Shown: in pieces, positions 1-17,643 of the stretch
Layout of the letters: every line of letters begins with the position of its first letter
Numbering within the stretch: position 1 is the stretch's first letter
From: the human T2T-CHM13v2.0 reference genome, Homo sapiens
Strand: one strand, 5' to 3'
Length of the DNA: 64,000 nucleotides
Assembly (NCBI RefSeq): GCF_009914755.1
Contig: NC_060925.1
Notes under the pieces: generated by a model
Told to the model about the DNA's origin: nothing
The model's database searches: none
What the model saw: only the letters and a program-made list of their open reading frames with translations
Position numbers and translations under genes: made by a program

Positions 1-159
1 TTCTGTAACTGTAACAATCTGGAACATGGAACTTTCCCATTTGGTGTGGTAGGGGAAAAGACAGCAGGGATGGATACTCGTGAGCCATCTTCAAATGCTT
101 CCATCTGAAAGTGACATGAATTATTTTCAAATGCTAAACGTAAGTGTTTAAGATAGTCA

Positions 160-730
160 TATGGTAATATGACCCAGTAATTCTATTCCTAGGCATATAC
201 CTAAGATGGATGAAAATATACATCCACACAAAAAGTTGTACAGAAGTGTCAGTGGCAACATTCTTCATAATAACCAAAAAACAGAAACTGCCCAAATGTC
301 CATACACTGATGAATGGATAAACAAACTGAGGTATATCCATACAATGGAATATTATTAGGCAATAAAAGGGAATGAAGTGCTGATAAATGCTTCAACACG
401 ATGATCCTTGAAAACATGATGCTAACAGAAGGAAGCCAGTTACTAAAGACCCCAGGATTTTATTTATATGAACTGTCCAGAATAGGCAAGTCCATGAACA
501 CAGAAAGCAGATCAGTGGTTGCCGGGGATGGAGGAAGCTGGTGAAAGGGGAGCGACTGCTAATGAGGAAGAGGTGCATTGTGGGGTGATGATAATATTTT
601 GAAATTAGACAGTGGTGATGATTGCTCTGTTAGATACATTCACTCAATGTACTAAACCTAGTGAATTGTATGCTATAAAAGAGTGAACTTTATGATATAT
701 GAATAATAGACCAATAAAACTGATATTTTA
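160..730 (+). mobile_element. Old L1M (L1MB/MC/ME-type) 3' fragment
   Basis: Degenerate ORF2-end and 3'UTR motifs (aaactgcccaaatgtccat, atggaatattatt, tgaattgtatgc) ending in AATAAA at ~714. More decayed L1 sequence follows to ~2100. Confidence 0.7.
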
Positions 731-3088
731 AAAAATACTTTAAAAATAAAGTATATTTCTATATGCCATCAAGAAACAGAAAATGAAATATTTTAGAAAT
801 GCATCATTTAAAATGATTTCAAAAACATGAAGTTCCTGTGAAAAACATCTAACAAGATGTTCAGGGACTTTTATGGAAAAAATTAGATGAGATTTACATC
901 TCATATTAGGGAAGAACTCAGTATATGGAGACAGATAGTCATACATTTTAGGACTGAATGATTAAAGGATATCAATTTCCTTTTCATTGTTATAGACTCA
1001 AAACAGTCTCAATAGGATCTCTATTAAATTCCTAACAATTTTTTTAGAACTTGACAAGCTGATTCTAAGATGTATATGGAAAGTCAAAACCCAAAGAATG
1101 CTAAAGCACTCTTGAAAAAGATGCAAAATGGGAGAATTTGTGCTATCAGATAGCAAGACTCGTTTTAAATCTGTAGTAATCAAGACAATGTTTCTTTATT
1201 ATTTCTTTTTCCCTTCTACTTTCTTTGATTTTTTCTGTTCTAACTGCTTAAGTGAATGTTCGATTAAATGTTTTATTCTAACAGATTATAAAGGAATGAT
1301 AGCACATTAATTTTCAGCCTTTCTTCTTTTTGAAAAGTATTATTTATGGCTTTGAGCTGCCTTCTACATACTTCTTTATCTGTGTGAAATAAATTTTGAG
1401 ATACTGTTTTCACTAAGATCAGTTTAAAATAGGTTCTGATTTTCATATTTCTTTTTGCCCAGTTATTAACTTAAAAGTATTTTTCTGGTTAATTGAAACT
1501 TTAGTCAATTTGGAGTAAGCTTCTTGATTTCTAATGTTTCTTTTTGCATTAAAGCCTATTTTGTATGATATTGATATAACTCCACCAGCTTTCTTTTGTT
1601 CCGTATGTGCATGTTAAATCTTTTTTCCATCCTTTGCTTTCAGATTTCTACATACTTATTTTAAATGTGTCTCTGTATCCTATATCATTTTTCTGTCATT
1701 CTGCATTCAACCTTTCTATATTCTTATGTTTTAGATGTGTCTGTAGTAAACAGCATTTATTTCTTAAGGTATTTTAAATTCAATGTCTTTCCACTGGAGA
1801 ATTTTGTCAGTTTACATTTAATACAATTACTGATATATTTAGGCTTGTATTTACTTTCTGCTTTCTTTATTTGCCCATAATTCTGGTTATTTTCTTTTTT
1901 ATTGCCACATTTTAGGTTGATTATTTTTATCACTTCAAATTTTCTTTCATTACTTTAAGAGTTATACACTCTATTTCTATTGTTCAGTAACTACTGTGGA
2001 AGTTACCATATGAATCCTTAAGTTATCGAAGTTGAAAATGAATACACTTTGAGCACTAATGAATACAGGAAAATACAGAGGCCTTAGCTTACTTTAACTT
2101 CATTTAATACTCTCTTGCCATATATTGTGAGCATCTTGAATTCCATTTATTTATTCAAATATTTATTGAGAGCTTACTCGGGGCTAAGCATTATTCTAGA
2201 TACTGAACAAAATAGATGAGCATCCCTGTGCTTGTAAGACATAACAGAGTGCAAACAATAAACTTAATAGAGTAAATTATACCATATACTAGAAGGTAGT
2301 AAGTATATGGAAAAAAAACTAGAGCAAGGCGAAAGAGATTAGGAGTGCCGAGAGAGGGAGAAAGAGAATGAATGAGAGTGAGTGCACATAAGTACAAGTG
2401 AAAGTGAGTGAGTGTGCCCTAGCTTTGGACCAATACTGTCTATAAAGTTTGTGGGGACATATAAACGTTTTATCTATTTTCACTAGATAACAGCTGAAAG
2501 GTTTGAGCCAAATAGAGAGTCTCAGGTGCTTCTATAATGGTATTATAATAGGCTTTAAAAATGTGAAAAACTCATGTTTAAGAACAGCTGTTACCAACTA
2601 TCTGTTTTGTGAGGGTGGAGGACAACTTAGTTTTTCTCAGAATTAATTATACTTTCTTATTGTAACTTTAGCCGCTGTTATTTGGGTGTCTAAACCTATA
2701 CAAATTAAGAAGCTATGAACATGAGAGAATCAAACAATTAGATTTCTGTGCACACCAACAGAATTTCTGAACCAAAGTGGTTTGTGTTTAGGAGATGAAA
2801 GAGATGATAAATCATACACACACACATAGATAAACACACATATTATATGCATGTGTGTGCATGTGTGTGTGTGTATAAACACAGAGAGAAAACATACTGG
2901 CATACACATAAGCACCTGTTAATTGTAGTTGCTGTTATAGTAGTAAGATGTTATCTCTTAGAATTATGGTATACTTATCATATTAGACCTATCCAGGAGG
3001 TAGCTGGGTATCTAGTGTGGTGATACTATCTAGTGTGGTGTCTTGCAACAACACTGCTAGTCATAGGTCTGATTTGGGGGAGAAAATA

Positions 3089-3362
3089 TTTTTTTAAGAC
3101 AGTGTCTCGCTCTATCACCCAGGCTGAAGTGCAGTGGCATGATCATAGCTCATTGCAGCCTCAGTCTCTGGGTTCAAGCTACCCTCCTGCCTCAGTGTCC
3201 CCACTGCATGCTACCACACCTGGCTAATTTTTTCAAATTTTTAGTAGGGACGAAGTCTTGCTATGTTACACAGGGTGGTCTCAAACTCCTGAACTCAAGT
3301 GATCCTCCCGCTTTGGCCTCCCAAAGCGCAGGGATTACAGGTGTGGACCATCGTGCCAGGCT
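3089..3362 (-). repeat. AluJ-like
   Basis: Reverse Alu dimer, heavily diverged; flanking gggagaaaa direct repeat. Confidence 0.9.
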
Positions 3363-3756
3363 GGGAGAAAAGTTTTGTTGACACAACAAACAGGATGCAA
3401 AGAAACAATCTATAAAAACAGTAATTTAGGCAAGTGGCTTCTTGGTCTTTTGATTAATAGGATTCTAAACTTGCAAATCAATTCTTATGCAGGAGTTCTT
3501 ATTGGCATTTACCGATGCTCTTTGGCTGATGTTTGTTTTTACTGACCAGAGGTTCTGTGGGAATCTCATTTATTAATACTTACAATGTGCTTCATATTCC
3601 TCTGCATCTTTGAGGGACAATTAAATGTCCACTCTATGGAATCTTTTATAATTTCCCAATCATAAGTAATTACTCTGATTTCTCCTAATTACCCTTTTTT
3701 CTAGGTAGTTGTGATTCTTTAAGTCTAAGACAGCATGGATTTTTAAGCTACACCAC

Positions 3757-4196
3757 TGATATAGTTTGGATAATTGTCCCCTCCAAATCTCATGTTGAAA
3801 CTTGATTCCCAGTGTTAGAGGTGAGTCCTGAAGTGGGAGGTGTTTAGGTCATGGAGCAGATCCCCAAAGAGTGGCTTGGTGACATCATCACAGTAATGAG
3901 CATGTTCTTACTCTATTAGTTCCTGTGAGCACTGATTTTTAAAAAGAGCTTGGCTTGTCCCCCCTCTCTCTTGCTTCCATGCTGTCACTATGTGATCTCT
4001 GCATGCTGGCTTCCTTTCCCCTCTCCTTTGCCTGCACTATGAGTGGAAGCAACTCGAGGCCCTCACCAGATGCAGTACAGGTGCCGGTGCCATGCTTCTT
4101 GTATCGCCTGTGGAACCATGAGCCAAGAAACCTTTTTTCTTCATAAATTACCCAGTCTCAGGTTTTCCTTTGTTACAACATGAATGAATTAAGATA
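3757..4196 (+). mobile_element. MaLR solo LTR (MST-like)
   Basis: TGATATAGTTTGG start, ataaattacccagtctcagg motif; 5-bp TSD accac/accat. Confidence 0.85.
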
Positions 4197-6554
4197 ACCA
4201 TCATTTTTGTATCAGTAAAAAGAAAAAGCTCTGCGTATTTAACTATTATACAGTATTTTTTATCATTTAAAAATTTATACTTATTCAGATAGCTCACTAA
4301 GAATTATATATATAAACATTTTTATTTAAATCATGCCATTCTCATAAGGAAAGTATAAATCAAAGATTTCGGTTAAGGGATTCTTATTCATATTCAAAGT
4401 CTGTTTTTTTCAAGTTGCTTTTCATCTCAGAACTGTTGATGTAAATATTTTCCCAAACAGTATCATACTCTGGGCTATCAAGAATATTTGTGATACAGCA
4501 ATTCAAAAAAGAATGCCTCACTATTGTTTCTGGGATTTTCTTCCAAGCTGGTTCATTTTGCTAATTTTGATGCGGCTTTTAACTGATCTTGTAAGATGTC
4601 AATATCGGGTTTTTTGGAGTTCATATTCTTTCCTCAAATGGTCTTTAAATAGTTTGTTGACCAAAATATTGATAGGTTAAAATTGTCCAGTTGGTCATTA
4701 AGAAAGTGTCCAGTTTTGATGTATGCAATCAATAACAACCAGATCACAGCTGCTACCAGGCCATCGGGAATTGTAAGATGCTATAAATTTAAACAATGAT
4801 GCTGATGCCAGAGGTGTTAAAATGTTGTGAATCTTAAAACAGAAGACATACAATACTACTCTCTTCCTTTGTATTTCCTGTAGTTCAACTAAAAATCTCA
4901 CCTTTCGTTGGCCCCTAGGACTTTGTGAGTAGCTATTTTCTCTGAAATCCCATAGTACTTTATTTAATGAAAGGAACTAAGTAATAATTTGGGGTGAAAA
5001 TAATCCATGTACATGGTTAAAAAAAACTTACTTATGTATAAAGCAGTAGCCCTCTGCTCTACTACCTACACTAAAGGGTATAACCTGACCCTAGGAACAA
5101 CTAGTTTGAACCATTTCTGGTTTTAGTCCTTCTTCCTCTAGGGCTAAATTGTATGTTTATACTGTCTGCTTTTCTTTTTTTTTCATTTATCATTTAAGCA
5201 GATACCATAGTAGAAGATAATTTAGCCTACTCATTTCACCTCCTTTTCTTTTTTGCTCCTCCACATATATTAATTTTATGGGCTCCTTTATTGGTTACAT
5301 TTGTCATTTCCACCACGATATTTGTTCCATTAACTACAGACAGTTTCTCTTGAACCCCTGCTTCATGAGTTTGGGATATTTCACCCTTTCTCCTCTCACC
5401 ATCTCTCCTTGTATATTATAACACCTAAATCTGACAACTGTGTGGTGAGAGTATTGATAATATTTTAGGTTTAGTATTTGTTATTAAATTTTGTATTTTT
5501 GTCTATTGGTTGACCCTAAAAGTTGAAAAATTAATAAATAGCATTAAAGTTATTATGACCCTGTAAATGTTGTTTACTGCAGAATCAAGAAGTATTCTAC
5601 AGTTACATTTCATTCAGTATGGCTCCTGAGCCACCCAAAGAATGTTCCTAGAATCAAAGTTAAGGAGATTCTTTCTTTCAAATGGATTATTTAATTCTAG
5701 CATTTGCTAAAAATTTGCCATATTTTCTTTTCATTCATATTTACATTGTGAATTTCTGTGACGCTTTTTCAAATTACCTTTATTTTTTCTTATTGGGAAA
5801 GCATATGTGGGCCTTCCTGGTTTCATCCTTAATAATTTTCAGCTTTTTACTTCCTTTATTTTTTTGAATGCATTTTCTTCCTGTTTTTTTTGAAGTCCAC
5901 TGACTCATATTCTAGTGGCTTCAATTTTGAATTATGACTTCCTTTTTCCCTGGTGTTTATTCTGTTTTTATTTTATTTTCAAGTTTTTTTCTGGCTTCAG
6001 GATTATATTATGTGTCAGGTTGCCTTCCATCTCCACCTTCCTCCTTGCCATCTCCTTTTGGGGGCCATCTATACTACAGCTGCTATCTGGACTAGTCATT
6101 TGAAAGTTTGCAGAGCCAGCAAACTTGTTTGTAACCACGATTTCCTGAATGTGTATGTTTTTGTCGTTTTTGGTTTTCTCCTCATTTTGCTGGAATACTT
6201 TATAAAATTACTTCTGGCAAATAAATTTATACTATATAAATTTTGTAAGCCATTACATTACTAAAAGTATATTTGTTTCTCTCGGATACTTCTTTGACTG
6301 GATGTAAAATTCTAAACTGAAAAGAATTTTCTATAAGTCAGTTGCTGGATTATTTTCTAGTATTCGGTGTTTTGGGATGAAACATTTGTTTTCCATTCTC
6401 TTTCTTACTCCTTTAGTGATTTTTTTCTTCTCTGGAATCTTTTCTTATATTCTTTTTTTCTTTGTTGTTTGGTAATTTCTTAATTATATGTTTAGGAATG
6501 AATCTGTTTCCATTCTTCTTTCTTGGAGCCTGGTAGCCATATTTTTCACTTTGA

Positions 6555-6643
6555 ACACTTGTGCCTTTTATCTCTGGGAAATGTGCCTTTTATCTCTTGT
6601 GCCTTTTATCTCTGGAAACACTTGTGCCTTTTATCGCTGGGAA
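6555..6643. repeat. Short irregular tandem repeat, 4 copies of tgtgccttttatc
   Basis: Read directly from the sequence. Confidence 0.85.
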
Positions 6644-7994
6644 ATTTTCTTGTATTTTTTTTGTGTGATTATTTTCTCCTTTCTATTCTTTTTTTCTGGA
6701 AGTACTGTTGGTTGGATTTGGGTCTCTTGGATTTATTTTTAAGTGACTTCTTTTTCTTAAACATTTATTTCCTGGTTTTTTTTTTTGCCTTTGGGGGGAA
6801 ATGTTAATTATGCATTTTTTTTAAAACCATTGAAATTTTTTTTTGTACTATGCATGTAATTTTCAAAAGCTCTTTCTTGCTCTCATTATTCCTTTGTTAT
6901 TTTATGGATCCAAAACTTTCTGAAATGTCTCTGCCAATACTCATTAAAGATTTGTTAAAGCTTTTTTTTTTTCTTTAATTTATCCCTGTGTCCCTGGTGG
7001 TTAGTTTCCTTTTTACTTTCTTTTTATAAAAGAAAAATTTAACACAATGCTAAAGACTTTCTTCATGTCTTTGTGTCTCCATTCAGCATGGCTGTTAAAT
7101 GAAGAAACAGGAAGAATGTGACTTCTGTGCATATGGGCAGTGTTTTATCAACTGATAGGCTTCATGTTAGGCACTCAATCAAAGAGCTGCCATTTATGCT
7201 AAAGGCCTGTTGCCTAAATGTCAGGGCTTTACCATACCGGTGCCAAGTTTACATGAAAAGCTCAAGTTCTCAAACAACTTGTACTTTTTCCTCCTTTAAC
7301 ACATAGGAGTGTATACTATAATTTTTAAATTGTCTTTGGCCATTTGACACCTTTGAATACTTTGCTCGTGTTTGAGGAATTTCCACTTAATAAGCCCCTG
7401 TTTTCCCAAGCTTCCTGGCAGTCTGCCTGTAGAGTGTGAAGTAGGCTCCATCAGTTAGAGGCATTTGTGCCAGATTTTAGATCAGAAGTGTGGGACATGA
7501 AAGGGCAGATGAGCTCCCCGGAGCTCAGAGGTAGTAGGCATTGAGGTTTCAGTCATAACATGCAGTATCCTGGTATGGTGCAGGGCTGTCTTCTCTAGAG
7601 CAATTCTGCATGGGATTTTGGGTGTGGTCTTGGCTGTGTGCTTTTCTAGCTTGGTTCTCTGGCACTCACTGAGGTTCGGAGAGCTACCCAGTAAACTTTA
7701 ATAAATTTCTTTCCTGCTTAGACTAGTCAAAGTTCATTTCAGTTGTTTGTTAGTCACTCTCCTGACAGTTACATGGAGCTAGTTTAGCTGCTGTGCAATG
7801 TTTGTGAGGAGGTGAATTACATACGCAGATATTACATGTGCAGACCAAAATGGCCTCTCCTTTTAGCCCCACCTCACCCTCCTGCCCTTATCATTTAGAA
7901 CATCTGCAGGTTTGTTTTCTCATTGTTGACAGCCTATTCTCCAAATATCCTATGTAGTTACTACCTTTGTTATACCTCATTAGTCTTTGCTAAT

Positions 7995-8411
7995 TGATAT
8001 GGTTTGGATATTTGTCCCCTCCAAATCTCACGTTGAAATGTAATCTCCAGTGTTGGTGGTGGGGCCTGGTGGGAGATATTTGGGTCATGGGGTGGGTCCC
8101 TCACGAATGGCTTGGTGCCCTCCCTGTGGTAATGAGTGAGTTCTTGCTCTGAGTTCATGCAAGATCTGGTTGTTAAAGGAGCCTGGCATCTTCTTCCACC
8201 CTCTCTTGCTCCCCCTTGCCATGTGATGCACCTGCTCCCCATTCACTTTCCACCATGACTGTAAGCTTCTTGAGGCCCTCACCAGAAGCAGATGCTGGCC
8301 TCATGCTTCCTTTATAGTCTACAGGACCATGAACCAAAATAAAACACTTTTCTTTATAAATTACCCAGTCTCAGATATTCCTTTTTAACAATGCAAGAAT
8401 GGACTAACACA
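7995..8411 (+). mobile_element. MaLR solo LTR (MST-like)
   Basis: TGATATGGTTTGG...GGACTAACACA; perfect 5-bp TSD ctaat at 7990-7994 and 8412-8416. Confidence 0.9.
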
Positions 8412-8550
8412 CTAATGTTTTAGAAATTTGTTTTTCTCTTTTGCTGCTGATCGCTCTCTCATTCACTCTTGTAGTGGGTTGATATTATTTACTTTACTAT
8501 AATTTTCAAGGTATCTCAGGAGGGAAAGATCAGTTTGTTCAGTTTACCAT

Positions 8551-8832
8551 TTTTTTTTGAGACAGCATCTCACTCTGTCACCCAGGCTAGAGTACAATGG
8601 TGCAATTTTGGCTCACTGTAATCTCTGCCTTTCAGGCTCAAGCGATTCTCATGCCTCAGCCTCTTGAGTAGCTGGGATTACAGGCATACGCCACCATGCA
8701 TGGCTAATTTTTATATTTTTAGTAGAGATGGGGTTTTTCCAGGCTGGTCTCGAACTCCTGGCCTCAAGTGATCCGCCTGCCTTGGGGTTCCAGAGTGCTG
8801 GGATTACAAGCATGAGCCACCGTGCCTAGTCC
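8551..8832 (-). repeat. Alu (old S/J)
   Basis: Reverse Alu; TSD cagtttaccat at 8540-8550 and 8833-8843. Confidence 0.92.
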
Positions 8833-11800
8833 CAGTTTACCATCTTGAACCTGAAGTCCCACTGGTATTATCGTGCTTTGACATGTAAAAAAATTAATAA
8901 AATGTTATTTCTTAAAGTAAATAAATTTTAATTATTTTCTACATTTCTAGCATCACATGTGGTAGCTTGCATTTTATTGAATATCTGGTTAATATTTAAA
9001 TGAGTCAATTTATGTAGAGCTTTTAGATTACACCGTAGGTAAGATGCCTACTCTGACTCAACTTTGTTGACTTTATGGTACCCACATCTGTGAATCATAG
9101 CTTATCCTTATGCATTTTTTAGGAATTAATATGTGACAAGTTCACACAGAGTAATATCAGGAATTAAAGTACTTGAAATTATGTTTTCCAAGTGACAAAT
9201 ATTTATGCCAGGATGTTGGAAGGTTTTTTTTTTAATTAAAAAATAATTTAAGTCTTTAACAGCTACTTGATGGGAATAACATGACCAATTTATATTCCAA
9301 GTGAATAAATAAAAGTTAACATACTTAAAATGACAAGGCTACTGGAAATAGATCAGGCTATATTTATTTTGTTAAATTTTTGATACTTGAAGAAATAGTG
9401 TTTTTCAGTTGCATTTAAATTAAATGTTTAAATGCTTATTTAAGTGAGAGATAGACAGATGCTTCTCTAACAAAAAGTAAAAGCAAAAATTAGTGGCATT
9501 TGGAGCTCATTGAGTTAACTCATCAAAGCAACATTATTGTCAGAATTGCTTTTCTTACTCATAAACTTTCCTACACACTCAGAGATTTTTTGAGATCAAT
9601 GGAGCAAGTTGTAAATAATTTTATTTCTGCTCAAACACTGATTGAGACTGTTCTGTTTTATATTTAAGTAGAATTTGATAGGTAAAAATAACACAAATAA
9701 TCCTTTACAATAGAAATTAAACAGTCTGATCTTCCTTTGAAAGCCCAAATTATGCTTATTCAGTAGAATATAGATTTGGATTTTTTCTTCATAGTAATAA
9801 CTGAAGAGTAAGCATGATTAATATGCTTACTGTGCTGGGCATATTATGCAAATTAAATTACTGCTTGCATACCCATACATCATGGATGTATCATTTAGAT
9901 CAGACTGTGGATTTGTCTTTGTATATTTTATACAGATTTCTTCAAATATTTGTATATTTCAACATAGGCTTTTTTTTCTTTTCATTTCTTTCTAAATTCC
10001 TAAGGGCTGTTTTTCTTTTTAAACGTGAGAATAAATATCTACATTAATTATTTATTATATACTTTAATTGATTCAACAACTATTTATGAGTACTTACGAT
10101 GTTCCAGAGAATATATTAAAATACTTGTTTTTCAGAAGTCTAATATGGATGAGAAACATTGTGCCTATTCTTTTTTTTTTTTTTAATTGTACTTTAAGTT
10201 CTGTGATACATGTGCAGAATGTGCAGGTTTGTTACATAGGTATACACATGCCACGGTGGTTTGCTGCACCCATCAACCCGTCACCTACATTAGATATTTC
10301 TCCTGGTGCTATCCCTCCCCTAGCCAGCCACCCCCCGACAGGCCCTGGTGTGTGATGTTTCCCTCCCTGTGTCCATGTGTTCTCATTGTTCAACTCCCAC
10401 TTGTGAGTGAGAACATGCAGTGTTTGGTTTTCTGTTCCTGTGTTAGTTTGCTGAGAATGATGGTTTCCAGCTTCATTCATGTCCCTGCAAAGGATATGAA
10501 CTCATCCTTTTTTATGGCTGCATAGTATTCCATGGTGTATATGTGCCACATTTTCTTTATCCAGTCTATCATTGATGGCCATTTGGGTTGGTTCCAAGTC
10601 TTTGCTGTTGTGAATAGTGCTGCAATAAACATGTGTGCATGTGTCTTTATAGTAGAATGATTTATAATCCTTTGGGTATATACCCAGTAATGGGATTGCT
10701 GGGTCAAATGGTATTTCTGGTTCTAGATCCCTGAAGAATTGTCATACTGTCTTCCACAATGGTTGAACTAATTTACACTCCCACCAACAGTGTAAAAGCG
10801 TTCCTATTTCTCCGCATCCTCTCCAGCATCTTTTGTTTCCTGAATTTTTAATGATCGCCATTCTAACTGACATCAGATGGTATCTCATTGTTGTTTTGAT
10901 TTGCATTTCTCAAATGACCAGTGATGATGAGCTTTTTTTTCATATGTTTGTTGGACACATAAATGTCTTCTTCTGAGTAGTGTCTGTTCATATCCTTTGC
11001 CCACCTTTTGATGGGGTTGTTTGTTTTTTTCTTATAAATTTGTTTAAGTTCTTTGTAGATTCTGGATATTAGCCCTTTGTCAGATGGTTAGATTGCAAAA
11101 ATTTTCTCCTATTCCGTAGGTTGCCTGTTCACTGTGATGATAGTTTCTTTTGCTGTGCAGAAGCTGAGCTGTTTAGTTTAATTATATCCCATTTGTCAAT
11201 TTTGGCTTTTGTTGCCATTGCTTTTGATGTTTTAGTCATGAAGACTTTGCTCATGCCTATGCCCTGAATGGTGTTGCCTAGGTTTTCTTCTAGGGCTTTT
11301 ATGGGTTTAGGTCTTACATTTAAGTCTTTAATCCATCTTGAGTTAATTTTTGTATAAGGTGTAAAGAAGGGGTCCAGTCTCAGTTTTCTGCATATGGCTA
11401 GCCAGCTTTCCCAACACCATTTATTAAATAGGGAATCCTTTCCCCATTGCTTGTTTTTGTCAGGATTGTCAAAGATCAGATGGTTGTAGATGTGTGGCAT
11501 TATTTCTGAGGCCTCTTTTGGTTCCATTGGCCTATATATCTGTTTTGGTACAGTACCATGCTGTCTTGGTTACTGTAGCCTTGTAGTATAGTTTGAAGTC
11601 AGTTAGTGTGATGCCTCCAGTTTTGTTCTTTTTGCTTAGGATTGTCTTGGCTGTGCAGGCTCTCTTTTGGTTCCATATGAAATTTAAAGTAGTTTTTAAA
11701 ATTCTTTAAAGAAAGTCAATGGTGGCTTGATGGGGATAGCACTGAATCTATAAATTACTTTGGGCAGTATAGCTGTTTTCACAATATTGATTCTTCCTAT

Positions 11801-11844
11801 CCATGTGCATGGAATGTTTTTCCATTTGTTTGTGTCCTCTCTTA

Positions 11845-11985
<141 letters not shown>

Positions 11986-11988
11986 TCA

Positions 11989-12285
<297 letters not shown>

Positions 12286-12733
12286 TCATAAATAGCTCTT
12301 ATTATTTTTAGATATGTTCCATCAATACCTAGTTTATTGAGCGTTTTTAGCATGAAGCAGTGTTGAATATTATCGAAGGCCTTTTCTGCATCTATTGAGA
12401 CAATCATGCGGTTTTTTTTTTGCATATAAATATAATAGAATATTATTCAGCCTTAAAACGGGGTGAAATTTTGATACGTGGTACAACATTGATAAACTTT
12501 ATTTTATTTTATTTTATTTATTATTATTATTATACTTTAAGTTTTAGGGTACATGTGCACAATGTGCAGGTTAGTTACATATGTATACATGTGCCATGCT
12601 GGTGTGCTGCACCCATTAACTCGTCATTTAGCATTAGGTATATCTCCTAATGCTATCCCTCCCCACTCCCCCCACCCCACAACAGTCCCCAGAGTGTGAT
12701 GTTCCCCTTCCTGTGTCCATGTGTTCTCATTGT

Positions 12734-16559
<3,826 letters not shown>

Positions 16560-16622
16560 TATGATGTTAGCTGGTTATTTTGTTCATTAGTTGATGCAGT
16601 TTCTTCCTAGCCTCGAAGGTCT

Positions 16623-17643
16623 TTACAATTTGGCATGATTTTGCAGTGGCTGGTACCAGTTGTTCCTTTCCATGTTTAGTGCTTCCTTCAGGAGCTCTTT
16701 CAGGGCAGGCCTGGTGGTGACAAAATCTCTCAGCATTTGCTTGTCTGTAAAGTATTTTATTTCTCCTTCACTTATGAAGCTTAGTTTGGCTGGATATGAA
16801 ATTCTGGGTTGAAAATTCTTTTCTTTAAGAATGTTGAATATTGGTCCCCACTCTCTTCTGGCTTGTAGAGTTTCTGCCGTGAGATCTGCTGTTAGTCTGA
16901 TGGGCTTCCCTTTGTGGGTAACCCGACCTTTCTCTCTGGCTGCCCTTAACATTTTTTCCTTCATTTCAACTTTGGTGAATCTGACAATTATGTGTCTTGG
17001 AGTTGCTCTTCTCGAGGAGTATCTTTGTGGCGTTCTCTGTATTTCCTGAATCTGAATGTTGGCCTGCCTTGCTAGATTGGGGAAGTTCTCCTGGATAATA
17101 TCCTGCAGAGTGTTTTCCAACTTGGTTCCATTCTCCAAGTTGGTCACTTTCAGGTACACCAATCAGACGCAGATTTGGTCTTTTCACATAGTCCCATATT
17201 TCTTGGAGGCTTTGTTCGTTTCTTTTTATTCTTTTTTCTCTAAACTTCCCTTCTCGCTTCATTTCATTCATTTCATCTTCCATCACTGATACCCTTTCTT
17301 CCAGTTGATCGCATTGGCTCCTGAGGCTTCTGCATTCTTCACGTAGTTCTCGAGCCTTGGCTTTCAGCTCTATCAGCTCCTTTAAGCACTTCTCTGTATT
17401 GGTTATTCTAGTTATACATTCGTCTAAATTTTTTTCAAAGTTTTCAACTTCTTTGCCTTTGGTTTGAATTTCCTCCTGTAGCTCGGAGTAGTTTGATCGT
17501 CTGAAGCTTTCTTCTCTCACCTCGTCAAAGTCATTCTCCATCCAGCTTTGTTCTGTTGCTGGTGAGGAACTGCGTTCCTTTGGAGGAGGAGAGGCGCTCT
17601 GCTTTTTAGAGTTTCCAGTTTTTCTGCTCTGTTTTTTCCCCAT
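16623..17643 (-). pseudogene. ORF1p of the nested L1, frameshifted
   Basis: ORFs 16966..17643 and 16623..17162 are the N- and C-terminal halves of ORF1p in different frames. Net +4 nt lesion near 17137-17142. Confidence 0.93.

Noticed and set aside
6555-6643. Repeated 13-mer as a CRISPR-like or regulatory array
   Set aside because: Irregular spacing, no unique spacers, mammalian intron; consistent with slippage.
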